A DNA stretch of 64,000 nucleotides. Origin: Deltaproteobacteria bacterium (GTDB lineage: Bacteria; Desulfobacterota; Dissulfuribacteria; Dissulfuribacterales; UBA3076). Below, piece by piece: positions 9,026-20,643 of this stretch (position 1 is its first letter; each line of letters begins with the position of its first letter). The translations under genes and the position numbers were made by a program. A model generated the notes under the pieces. The model was not told the origin of the DNA. It was given only the letters and a program-made list of their open reading frames with translations, and searched no databases. The DNA lies in assembly GCA_018399745.1 (NCBI GenBank), contig JAGYNZ010000013.1:65-64064 (forward strand), read 5' to 3'.

Positions 9026-9673
9026 ATGCATCTGCGAACAACTACCATTTCGGATGCCTGGTACCAAATACTGTACAATTTAGAATCTGAGGCCTACCGA
9101 CAAGATATCGAAAGGGGATCCTTTGAAAAAGAGAATTACAGGCTTCAGATTCCCTGGCTGTCTCTGGAAATCATGCATCCTCTTAAGGACATGATCCCAA
9201 TTATTCCTCCGGGATGCTCAGCGCCTCCACCGAATACCATGGAATATGTGAAAGAATATTTTATTGATTACCTGTTGGGAGGAAAACTGCCGGGAAAGAA
9301 TGAGACCTATACTTATGCATCGCGGATAAACATTCAACTATCGAAGGCCATACAGATGCTCAAAGATACTCCAAATACAAATCAGTCTTCCATCATTGTC
9401 GGACGACCAGAGGACTTAGATCTCCAGGATCCAGCCTGTCTTAGAGCGATAGATTTGAAAGTTCACGACGGCCGACTCGATATTGCAACCTTTTGGCGCA
9501 GTTGGGATATTTGGGCTGGTTTGCCCACCAATTTAGGGGGTTTGGCACTATTAATGGAATATATCTCCGAGGAAATAGGATTTGGGGTGGGAATTCTACG
9601 GGCCGCAAGCCAGGGAGCCCATATTTATGAATATCAAATCCCTTTTGTAAAGGCTCGATTAGGACAGGAGTAA
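9026..9673 (+). CDS. Thymidylate synthase family protein, short archaeal-like type (ThyA fold)
   Basis: 215 aa. ETYTYASRI resembles YTYGxR. DPACLRAIDLKVHDGRLDIATFWRSWDIWAGLPTNLGGLALL parallels the ThyA PPCH...L...yqRSxDxxlGxPfNi core, including the candidate catalytic Cys. Confidence 0.6.
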   Translation: MHLRTTTISDAWYQILYNLESEAYRQDIERGSFEKENYRLQIPWLSLEIMHPLKDMIPIIPPGCSAPPPNTMEYVKEYFIDYLLGGKLPGKNETYTYASRINIQLSKAIQMLKDTPNTNQSSIIVGRPEDLDLQDPACLRAIDLKVHDGRLDIATFWRSWDIWAGLPTNLGGLALLMEYISEEIGFGVGILRAASQGAHIYEYQIPFVKARLGQE

Positions 9674-9739
9674 AGTCTTTAAGCCTCCCTCCAGATTTAC
9701 CTGCTCGATGCATACGGTCGGCTGATATCTGTGAATCTG

Positions 9740-11218
9740 TTAATGCTTATACAGGACCTTATGTTGTTCGATTGCAATTTCATAAAAATCGGCACCTGTT
9801 ACATCATTGATCACAATGGCAGGAAAGTCCTTAACTTGCATTCGATACATGGCCTCTGGACCCAATTCGGGAAATGCGATCAGCTTACAGGACTCTATGC
9901 AATTCGCCAGATAGGCTCCTGCGCCCCCAATTGTCGCAAAATACACCGCCCCATATTTTTTCAAAGATACCCTCACTTCCGGTGAGCGTTTCCCCTTTCC
10001 CATCGTGGCGAGCACGCCCTCAGCCAGTATACAGGGCATATAGGCATCCATTCGATAACTGGTAGTGGGTCCTGCAGAACCTGCGGGTCTTCCCGGCGGT
10101 GCCGGAGTAGGACCTACATAGTATATTAATTGCCCTTTAAGATCTATAGGCAGGGGATAACCACTGTCCACCATCTCCACCAAACGACGATGAGTCTGAT
10201 CCCGGCCGGTATACATAACACCGTTAAGCAATACCCGATCACCTGCCCGAAGATCTGCCACAACCGATTCCGAGAGCGGCAGATTTATGTGAAAGGCGCT
10301 GTCTTTGAAGGTCTCAAGATGCGGGACATCATTGCCAAAAGACGAGCGGGGCCTGATTGTCCGCCAGGAGCCATCCGTCCATATTGCCATGCAATGCCGG
10401 GCGGCATGACATTGGATATTTATTGCTAATGGAAGGCTTGCTATATGACAGGGATATACCTCTATGGCCACACCAAGAGAGGTAACAGATCCCCCAAGCC
10501 CCAGGGGACCAATTCCCAGATCATTTATTTGAACTAAGATCCGGTCTTCCAGCTCTGCCAAGTCATACCTTGAATTCTTTGAGCCCACAGGTCTCAACAA
10601 GGCCTTTTTGGCAAGCAACGCCGCCTTTTCCATGGTGCCGCCTATACCTATGCCTATTATCCCGGGAGGACAAGAATTCGGACCAGCCTTTCGTACCTGA
10701 TCCACTACCGCTCTTACAATGCCGTCTTCGCCCGCAGAAGGTGGGAGCATCACTACAGTACTCATGTTTTCGCTTCCACAGCCCTTTGGTAATACGGAAA
10801 TTTTCAGACTGTCTCCAGCTACCTGCTCGACATGGACGACTGCCGGGGCGTTATCCCCTGTGTTTTTTCTCGTAACAGGATCGCAAACAGAGCATCTCAG
10901 CCAGCCTTCTGCTGTACCTAAAGCAACGCCTTCATTTATTGCCTTAACCAGATCACCCTCAATATTAATCGCCTGACCTATTTGCACAAACACAACGTCA
11001 ATACCTGTATCCTGACATATGGGAAGACCCGTGTGCCTGGAAATACATGCATTTTCCACTATAATGTCAAGCATTTGCTTGCCGGTCTGCGACTCCTCCC
11101 TATCCCTTGCAGCCAAAAGAGCTGTCTCAACGTCATGGGGAAGTTCACGGCTTGCGGTCTGTATCAGTCTGCTTACTATCGAAGTGATTTCTCGTTCTGT
11201 TAAATTCATTGTCTTCAT
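9740..11218 (-). CDS. Class I (Fe-S) fumarate hydratase, fused alpha/beta type
   Basis: 492 aa. The N-terminal Fe-S hydro-lyase motif is ICQDTGI. The C-terminal beta-domain is GxxGxxTSxRMD-like, as in FumA/TtdAB-type enzymes. Confidence 0.85.
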   Translation of the reverse strand: MKTMNLTEREITSIVSRLIQTASRELPHDVETALLAARDREESQTGKQMLDIIVENACISRHTGLPICQDTGIDVVFVQIGQAINIEGDLVKAINEGVALGTAEGWLRCSVCDPVTRKNTGDNAPAVVHVEQVAGDSLKISVLPKGCGSENMSTVVMLPPSAGEDGIVRAVVDQVRKAGPNSCPPGIIGIGIGGTMEKAALLAKKALLRPVGSKNSRYDLAELEDRILVQINDLGIGPLGLGGSVTSLGVAIEVYPCHIASLPLAINIQCHAARHCMAIWTDGSWRTIRPRSSFGNDVPHLETFKDSAFHINLPLSESVVADLRAGDRVLLNGVMYTGRDQTHRRLVEMVDSGYPLPIDLKGQLIYYVGPTPAPPGRPAGSAGPTTSYRMDAYMPCILAEGVLATMGKGKRSPEVRVSLKKYGAVYFATIGGAGAYLANCIESCKLIAFPELGPEAMYRMQVKDFPAIVINDVTGADFYEIAIEQHKVLYKH

Positions 11219-11449
11219 CTGACAACCAGAGACCCGGAAGTACTGGATTTAAATTGCTTAAGTGATCAAGATATTTGACACAATGGATTTCTGCCACGCA
11301 ACACATAATGCCCCCAGATCAGAAAGGACTCATTGCTCGCAGCTACTCCGTATCCAGAGACATTCACTTTGAAACAGTGTATTGCCTCTAATCAGGAGTC
11401 TCGGAGGACTCAAAATTTCTGACACTTCTATCTCTTTATAACTTTGTAT

Positions 11450-12817
11450 CTAACCCTTGTTGGGCGACGAAAATCCAGCCAATCTCAAGGCCTTGTCCAC
11501 CACTTCCAGGGGATCGTGTCCAAGCACTCTAATGATCGGCTCTTTTCCCATATCGCCGGCATCATGTATGATATCAGGTACTTCACCCACACTTTCAATG
11601 GCCCGCTTTACGCCCCATACCAGAGTAGAGCCTTCTCTGAATTTTACCTCTTCAGGTTCATCCTTTCTGGAAAACTCAGCCACTAAGTAGCCAAGGTCCT
11701 GTGTCCGCCTGAGATACTTGAGGTCGTGGCGTACATTCATACAAGACCTGTATTCACGATTATGGGCCATAGCGGTCAATATTATCCTGGCCACATGGCT
11801 TGAACCCCCATATGCCGGACCCCTTATCCTGGCCACGCCCTGCTCCAGGCCTACAATCCTTCCGGGAAAAGCAGCCACATCCTGCACAGAACTCGCCCAC
11901 GGAACTGCATATCCAAGATTCATTTGAACCTCTGGGACCAGACATCGACACGGATGTGACAAAAGAAGCAACCATGCCTTCTCAAGGGCCTCGATGACGG
12001 GATAACGCGCAATATCGTCTTCAACGACACTGAAAGGATTCGTTGGCCCTGTACCTTTGCCAACCGGTACTGCTCCCCTGATTGCCCTGGTCACAAATTC
12101 TTTGGCCTTTTGGGCCGCATTTGCTATTCTCAGTCCACGAGCCAGAAACACCAAGAGTGCGGCGGAAAAAGTACAGCCGGTTCCATGGGTGTGTGGTGTC
12201 TGAATTCGAGTCCCTGTCATTTCAAAAACCCCTTCTTCATGGGCAAGAACATCTACAGGATCCCGGTAATGGAGATGGCCCCCTTTAAGAATGACAGCAG
12301 GGCAATCTGAGAGCTTGAGAAGATCAAGGGCAGCCAGCCGCATATTTTCTGGTGTCTGGATGCGCCGGCCAAGAAGGACTTCAGCCTCCGGGATATTAGG
12401 TGTAAATACGTTCGCAACAGGAAGAAGCCTGGTCTTTAGGACATCTACGGCATCCTGTTCCAGGAGTCGATGGCCGTTTTTGGAAACCATAACAGGGTCT
12501 ACGACCAGTATGGTGTCTTTATTAATATGCCTATCCAGACAATCAGCAACAATCTCTACAATTTCTGCCGTAGCCAGCATACCGGTCTTGATGGCTGTTG
12601 GGCCAATATCCTCAAGTACGGCATTAAGCTGCTTCCTTACAAAATAAGGATCTACAGATTCAACAGCGTGGACACCAAGGGTGTTCTGAGCCGTCAGTGC
12701 GGTAACAACACTTGAGCCATAGGACCCAAGAACCGTAAAGACTTTCAGGTCTTGTTGGAGACCAGCACCGCCACCTGAGTCAGAGCCAGCAATAGTCAGA
12801 ACCGGACCAGGATTCAT
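11450..12817 (-). CDS. thiD: Bifunctional hydroxymethylpyrimidine/phosphomethylpyrimidine kinase ThiD fused to a ThiN-type thiamine-phosphate synthase domain (ThiDN)
   Basis: The N-terminal 260 aa are ThiD-like (VLTIAGSDSGGGAGLQQDLK, GTGCTFSAA). The roughly 190-aa C-terminal extension resembles the archaeal ThiN domain; that part is lower confidence. Confidence 0.8.
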   Translation of the reverse strand: MNPGPVLTIAGSDSGGGAGLQQDLKVFTVLGSYGSSVVTALTAQNTLGVHAVESVDPYFVRKQLNAVLEDIGPTAIKTGMLATAEIVEIVADCLDRHINKDTILVVDPVMVSKNGHRLLEQDAVDVLKTRLLPVANVFTPNIPEAEVLLGRRIQTPENMRLAALDLLKLSDCPAVILKGGHLHYRDPVDVLAHEEGVFEMTGTRIQTPHTHGTGCTFSAALLVFLARGLRIANAAQKAKEFVTRAIRGAVPVGKGTGPTNPFSVVEDDIARYPVIEALEKAWLLLLSHPCRCLVPEVQMNLGYAVPWASSVQDVAAFPGRIVGLEQGVARIRGPAYGGSSHVARIILTAMAHNREYRSCMNVRHDLKYLRRTQDLGYLVAEFSRKDEPEEVKFREGSTLVWGVKRAIESVGEVPDIIHDAGDMGKEPIIRVLGHDPLEVVDKALRLAGFSSPNKG

Positions 12818-14133
12818 TTCCTCTCATCGTTTCTTGCCTCCCCCCGGCCTTTTCTCATAGCTCTTTGATAAGTCTTTATAGCGCAGTAATCACCACACAT
12901 AGTACAGGTTGATCCCCGGTATTTTCCCCCCTCCTCACGATAGAGGCGGGCCTTTTGAGGATCTATGGAAAGATCTATCTGGGCCTTCCAGTCAAGGCGC
13001 TGTCGGGCCTCGGCCATATTCCTGTCTTTTTCTATGGCACCAGGAACCTGCTTCACTATGTCCGCCGCGTGAGCAGCGATGCGGCAAGCTATCACCCCTT
13101 CTTTCACGTCTTCCAGTGACGGCAGCTTCAGGTGTTCAGCAGGTGTCACGTAACAGAGAAAATCAGCACCGGCCGCTGCCGCAATGGCACCGCCAATGGC
13201 ACTGGTAATATGGTCATATCCAGGGGCAATATCGGTTGCCAGAGGACCAAGTACATAAAACGGGGCTCCGTGACATAACCTCTTTTCTAAAAGAACGTTG
13301 GCTGGTATCTGGTCCATTGACATGTGACCAGGGCCTTCAATTATCACCTGTACCCCTTTGTCCCATGCCCTCAGTGTGAGCTCGCCCAGGACTATCAGCT
13401 CATGTACTTGTGCACCGTCTGTTGCATCCATAAGACACCCGGGCCGAAGACCGTCACCAAGACTCAAGGTCAGCTCGTGCTCCCGAGCTATTGCCAGTAT
13501 ATCATCAAAGCGCTCAAACAGTGGATTCTCTTTCTGGTTATACATCATCCACTCCAGAATAAAGGAACCTCCTCTGCTAACCACGCCCATTAAGCGTTCT
13601 CTCATCTGGAGATGCTCCGCAGCCTTGAGAGTTAAACCACAGTGAATTGTAACAAAGTCTACTCCTTCCTGAGCATGTTCCTCAATTACCCTCAGCAGGT
13701 CATCTACGTCCATTTCGCACACTGAACGCTTACGCCGCTCCACGGTCTCAACCGCGGCCTGATAAATAGGAACCGTACCCAGGGGTACTGGACACGTGTC
13801 CCTGATAGCCTGTCGTATCTCCTTTATCGAACCCCCGGTGGAAAGATCCATTATTGTGTTGGCTCCCGCCTCCAAAGCCACTTTGAGCTTTTTCAGTTCG
13901 ACTTCCAGCTCGGGATGATCCCTTGAGGTACCTATGTTTGCATTAACCTTGGTGGAAATCCCCTTACCTAATGCCAGGGGATGGATAAGCTCAACGTGCC
14001 TATTATGTGGTATCACCACTTCTCCTGCCCCCACAGCTTGAACTAAAAGCTGAGGATCCAGGCCTTCGTCCAGGGCACAACGCTCAATAAGTTTGGATTT
14101 TATACCTTGTTTTGCTTGATCTTTTAGGGTCAT
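12814..14133 (-). CDS. thiC: Phosphomethylpyrimidine synthase ThiC
   Basis: 439 aa. Has GTVPIYQA, IIEGPGH, and the C-terminal CTMCGDYCA radical-SAM-like Fe-S cluster motif. It overlaps the thiDN start by 4 nt, suggesting an operon. Confidence 0.92.
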   Translation of the reverse strand: MTLKDQAKQGIKSKLIERCALDEGLDPQLLVQAVGAGEVVIPHNRHVELIHPLALGKGISTKVNANIGTSRDHPELEVELKKLKVALEAGANTIMDLSTGGSIKEIRQAIRDTCPVPLGTVPIYQAAVETVERRKRSVCEMDVDDLLRVIEEHAQEGVDFVTIHCGLTLKAAEHLQMRERLMGVVSRGGSFILEWMMYNQKENPLFERFDDILAIAREHELTLSLGDGLRPGCLMDATDGAQVHELIVLGELTLRAWDKGVQVIIEGPGHMSMDQIPANVLLEKRLCHGAPFYVLGPLATDIAPGYDHITSAIGGAIAAAAGADFLCYVTPAEHLKLPSLEDVKEGVIACRIAAHAADIVKQVPGAIEKDRNMAEARQRLDWKAQIDLSIDPQKARLYREEGGKYRGSTCTMCGDYCAIKTYQRAMRKGRGEARNDERK

Positions 14134-14309
14134 GAAAGAACTCTAATTATAACATAAAGGGTTTTCAAGATAATTATTATGGGTTATTAATTTACTTCTG
14201 AAGACCAAATGATAATGACTTTATTCCTTTAGACCATGTTTGTCACCAAAAGATCCATCAAACTTCAACCAACACGAACTTTCCTTCTAATATAAAAATA
14301 AGCATTAGG

Positions 14310-15215
14310 ATGTTCATGAAAAACAGACCGCTCCAGGCACTAACATACCTGTCACTCTTTGCCTGTGTTATAATAAGTGCTCAAGCACTGACAATAATAG
14401 TCAAGGAAGAAGCCTTCTGTGTTAACGAAGGATGTAAAATTGTAGAAACCCTGACACTTATTCCGTCTTTTTATTTCAATTTGTTGGGTGTTGGATATTT
14501 TTTTGCGGTATTATGTACTGCCCTGATCACAAAATCAAGATCAGGAATCGAGCCGGTGCTCGGCATCTTACTTATTTCAGGTCTTACCGCCGCCGGGGTA
14601 TTGCTGGGATACCAAATTTTTGTTGCAAATGTATTCTGTTCTTACTGCCTGCTTGTCTTTATTCTGATCGTCAGCCTTAATATGCTGATGGGATTTCGAC
14701 AGTTAACTTTGGGATTAACAATAATTGTAATACAATTGTTTATATTTTCTCTACTAAGATTTGAAGCGTCAAAAGAACAGTTGCGCGGACTTACGTTGGA
14801 TAATGGGACATATGCCGTAAAGAGATGCTCTAACCCGGTTAAACAGCTCTATCTAATTTTTTCAAAAGACTGCCCTCACTGCTATAAGGTCATAGAATCA
14901 CTGGAAGGATGCACGCGTTGCGAATTTCATTTCAACCCAATAAAAAAAATAAGTGCTGACATCCTTCCGGGATTAAGACCTAATAAACAGTACTTACCGC
15001 AAATAAATACTAATGCCCTGAAAATATTAGGCATTGATACCGTTCCAGTGCTGATAGCCAGAGATCATGATGGATTTACCTTTATTAAAGGTGAACGAAA
15101 CATCATAAAATACATTCAGAATATCTGTTTTCAAGAAATGCCCTCACTGGATGGGGGTCTGGAAAATCTTTTCGGAATAGAAGGTGGTGCATGTTCCATA
15201 AATGAAAATTATTAA
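14310..15215 (+). CDS. VKOR-like membrane oxidoreductase fused to a thioredoxin-like domain (disulfide-bond formation)
   Basis: About 5 TM segments. Has a loop Cys pair (CVNEGC), an intramembrane CSYC and a C-terminal soluble domain with DCPHC. This is the architecture of bacterial VKOR-Trx fusions. Confidence 0.5.
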   Translation: MFMKNRPLQALTYLSLFACVIISAQALTIIVKEEAFCVNEGCKIVETLTLIPSFYFNLLGVGYFFAVLCTALITKSRSGIEPVLGILLISGLTAAGVLLGYQIFVANVFCSYCLLVFILIVSLNMLMGFRQLTLGLTIIVIQLFIFSLLRFEASKEQLRGLTLDNGTYAVKRCSNPVKQLYLIFSKDCPHCYKVIESLEGCTRCEFHFNPIKKISADILPGLRPNKQYLPQINTNALKILGIDTVPVLIARDHDGFTFIKGERNIIKYIQNICFQEMPSLDGGLENLFGIEGGACSINENY

Positions 15216-16095
15216 TTCTATATCACATATGAGAAAACAGGTTCTACTGTGGAGACAGGAGAGATTGTCTATAGCTATGGTGCCCACTATGGGGTTTTTC
15301 CATGACGGCCACCTTTCCCTGATGAGAACGGCTGGAAATAAGGCAGACCGTGTTGTAGTAAGCCTGTTTGTAAACCCTGCCCAGTTCGGCCCGAATGAAG
15401 ACTTAAACCGATATCCCAGAGACCTTGAGCGGGATGCGAAGCTGGCTGAAGATACAGGGGTTAGCTGCCTGTTTTATCCGGATGTCAAGGACATCTATCC
15501 ACCAGGATTCCAGACCTGGATACGCGTAGACGGCTTAAGTCAGGGGCTTTGCGGCACATCAAGACCTGAACACTTCCGCGGTGTAGCTACAATAGTTGCA
15601 AAACTCTTCATTATTGTCCGGCCGGACATGGCGATTTTCGGTCAGAAGGATTTTCAGCAGCTTCAGGTCATTCGCCGCATGGTGATGGACCTGAACATAC
15701 CGGTTAATATAATAGCCCATCCTATAGTCAGAGAACCAGACGGTCTGGCATTGAGTTCACGCAATACTTATCTTAATATGAAAGAACGTGAATCGGCCCT
15801 TTCCCTTTTTCAGGCCCTTCAAATTGCCGAAAAAATGGTGGCCAGCGGCAATATATCGGTTCCAGAGATCATAAGGGCCGTGAAAAAACATATCCAATCC
15901 TTTAGCAACACAAAGATTGATTATGTGTTTCTCGGTCATCCTGAATCTCTGAGGCCTTGCAGAGAGATTGTTGGTGAAGCCCTTCTCGCACTGGCAGTAT
16001 GGGTGGGAAAAACTCGTTTGATCGACAACACCTTGCTGAAGCAACAAGCAAATCAGGCACATCAAATTGACAAATCGAAAGGCTCAGAAATATAA
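15202..16095 (+). CDS. panC: Pantoate--beta-alanine ligase
   Basis: VPTMGFFHDGHLSLM (HIGH-like), FVNPAQF, FGQKDFQQ and LSSRN are diagnostic PanC motifs. Confidence 0.92.
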   Translation: MKIINSISHMRKQVLLWRQERLSIAMVPTMGFFHDGHLSLMRTAGNKADRVVVSLFVNPAQFGPNEDLNRYPRDLERDAKLAEDTGVSCLFYPDVKDIYPPGFQTWIRVDGLSQGLCGTSRPEHFRGVATIVAKLFIIVRPDMAIFGQKDFQQLQVIRRMVMDLNIPVNIIAHPIVREPDGLALSSRNTYLNMKERESALSLFQALQIAEKMVASGNISVPEIIRAVKKHIQSFSNTKIDYVFLGHPESLRPCREIVGEALLALAVWVGKTRLIDNTLLKQQANQAHQIDKSKGSEI

Positions 16096-16250
16096 AATGC
16101 CCGCGACCAATTTTCCCTTTTCATAAACTCGCAAATACTGAATAAACGGATTAATATTTATTTAATTATAGATTAATTTAGGAATTTAAATCTCTTTAAT
16201 AAACTTCGAGCCTTAACTTATAATTCCAGAATAAACGGACTTACGTCATT

Positions 16251-16628
16251 ATGTTACGCTCAATGCTTAAATCAAAAATCCATCAGGCCACTGTCTCAGA
16301 AGCAAACCTCAACTACGAGGGAAGTCTTACTATAGACTCTGGCTTAATGGAGGCCGCCGACCTCTTACCTTTTGAACAGATAATGGTCTATAATATTTCA
16401 AATGGTAACAGGTTTGACACCTATGTAATAGAAGGTAAAAGGGACTCGGGCCATATATGTCTTAATGGAGCTGCGGCCAGAAAAGGGGTCCCCGGGGATT
16501 TGATAATTATAGCCTCTTATGGTTTGTATTCTGAAGATCAGATAGCTACAGGTAAAAGCATCTTGGTCTGGGTAGATGCAAAAAATCGGTTGAAAGAGCG
16601 GACTGAAATTCCGTGGCACTCTACTTGA
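16251..16628 (+). CDS. panD: Aspartate 1-decarboxylase (pyruvoyl-dependent)
   Basis: [29 protein letters not shown] includes the YEGS self-cleavage site. 125 aa. Confidence 0.92.
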   Translation: MLRSMLKSKIHQATVSEANLNYEGSLTIDSGLMEAADLLPFEQIMVYNISNGNRFDTYVIEGKRDSGHICLNGAAARKGVPGDLIIIASYGLYSEDQIATGKSILVWVDAKNRLKERTEIPWHST

Positions 16629-16665
16629 TCATCTTGTTCGTCATCCTGAATTTTTTCTTCTCATA

Positions 16666-17946
16666 ATGAAAGTCTTTGCCATAAGCCTCGGCTGTCCCAA
16701 GAACACCATAGATACTGAGGAGGCCCTGGGCTCTCTGGGCTCAACAAATTCGGGAGTAAAGCTCACAAATAATCTTCAGGAAGCGGATTTGCTGATAGTA
16801 AACACCTGCGGATTCATAGAAGAGGCCGTATCCGAATCAATAGATACAATTCTAGCTGTAGCAAAAGAAAAAACTGATGGTCAGATCCTTGTCGTTATGG
16901 GATGCCTGGTCCAGAGATATGGCAAAGATTTGAAAAGGGAACTGCCAGAGGTGGATATCTTTCTCGGCACAGGGTCGCCCCGATCACTTGTAAGTCTTGT
17001 TGAAGAACAGGCTATACAACAGGTAGAATCGCCGTGCTCCAGAATCTTGACTACTCCTCCATGGAGGGCCTATGTCAAGATCTCAGAAGGTTGCTCAAAC
17101 AGGTGTACCTACTGCCTGATTCCTATGTTAAGAGGCAAAGAAATATCCCGTCCAATTACAGAAATAGTATCGGAGATCAACTCACTGGTCAGTAAAGGGG
17201 TTAAGGAAATAACACTGGTGGCCCAAGATCTCACAGCATACAGGAATGACGGAAAGACTCTTGCTGATCTATTAGAAACCCTTGTCGAAGATACGGACTC
17301 GCCGTGGTTGCGATTGCTCTATCTGAATCCTGGCAAAGTAAACACTAAACTTCTTGAAACGATCGCTGCAAACGCTGTCATTTGTCCCTATCTGGATGTG
17401 CCCATTCAACATGCAAACACTAATATTCTCCGATCTATGGGGAGAAGATATGATAACAAGTACATTGAGGACTTAATGTCTAGGATAGGTAGTTTGCTTC
17501 CTCATGTCTCGGTAAGGACGACAGTTATGGTTGGCTTTCCAGGAGAGACTGAAGATGATTTTCAATCATTACGAAATTTTGTGGAAAAATGGGAGTTCGA
17601 TCACCTCGGTTGCTTTATTTATTCAGATGAAAAGGAGTGTGCAGCAAACAATCTACCAGGAAAGGTGCCTCCAGATACGGCAATGATGCGAAAAGATGAA
17701 ATCATGAGTCTTCAGGCCAGGATATCAAGGGCAAAGAAATCAGATATGGTTGGTCGGGTTGAACAGGTTCTTGTAGAAGGAGTAAGCTCTGAAACCGAGC
17801 TTCTTCTTGTTGGCAGGACCAGACATCAGGCCCCCGAGATTGACGGGATAGTATATTTAAACAAAGGAACCGCCGATTATGGAGATATTGTGACTGTTAA
17901 AATAACGGATTCTCATGTCTATGATCTGGTAGGTGAAATTATATAG
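16666..17946 (+). CDS. rimO: Ribosomal protein S12 methylthiotransferase RimO
   Basis: Has an N-terminal UPF0004 domain (SLGCPKN), the radical-SAM motif CSNRCTYC and a C-terminal TRAM domain. 426 aa. Confidence 0.88.
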   Translation: MKVFAISLGCPKNTIDTEEALGSLGSTNSGVKLTNNLQEADLLIVNTCGFIEEAVSESIDTILAVAKEKTDGQILVVMGCLVQRYGKDLKRELPEVDIFLGTGSPRSLVSLVEEQAIQQVESPCSRILTTPPWRAYVKISEGCSNRCTYCLIPMLRGKEISRPITEIVSEINSLVSKGVKEITLVAQDLTAYRNDGKTLADLLETLVEDTDSPWLRLLYLNPGKVNTKLLETIAANAVICPYLDVPIQHANTNILRSMGRRYDNKYIEDLMSRIGSLLPHVSVRTTVMVGFPGETEDDFQSLRNFVEKWEFDHLGCFIYSDEKECAANNLPGKVPPDTAMMRKDEIMSLQARISRAKKSDMVGRVEQVLVEGVSSETELLLVGRTRHQAPEIDGIVYLNKGTADYGDIVTVKITDSHVYDLVGEII

Positions 17947-18142
17947 TTCCTTTCTGAACGAGCTCCGCAAAAAACTCAAAACTCCTGTCATAAGTTGCCT
18001 CTGCCTCGTATGGAAAGCAGCAAGCCGGGAGTTGTCTCATCTTCAGATGATATTTTATACACTCGCAACAGATACCTTTTCTAGGACACGGTTCATATGT
18101 ACAGTTGCAACTCTTAATATTTTCTTCCTTTTGACACTCCAT
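17939..18142 (-). CDS. Small cysteine-rich protein (DUF6485-like)
   Basis: 67 aa. CNCTYEPCPRKGICCECIKYHLKMRQLPACCFP matches a conserved Cys-rich family I recall as DUF6485. Its 3' end overlaps rimO by 8 nt, convergently. Confidence 0.6.
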   Translation of the reverse strand: MECQKEENIKSCNCTYEPCPRKGICCECIKYHLKMRQLPACCFPYEAEATYDRSFEFFAELVQKGTI

Positions 18143-18194
18143 CTCAACATCTCCTAATACAGGACTTGTAACATAAAGGCTTCTGCAAATAGTT

Positions 18195-20618
<2,424 letters not shown>

Positions 20619-20643
20619 TTAATAATTAATCCTCTTATTTGTT

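Noticed and set aside
14134-14309. Expected TPP riboswitch upstream of thiC.
   Set aside because: I read the coding-strand sequence and none of the conserved TPP aptamer segments is present. A formal Infernal scan is still needed.
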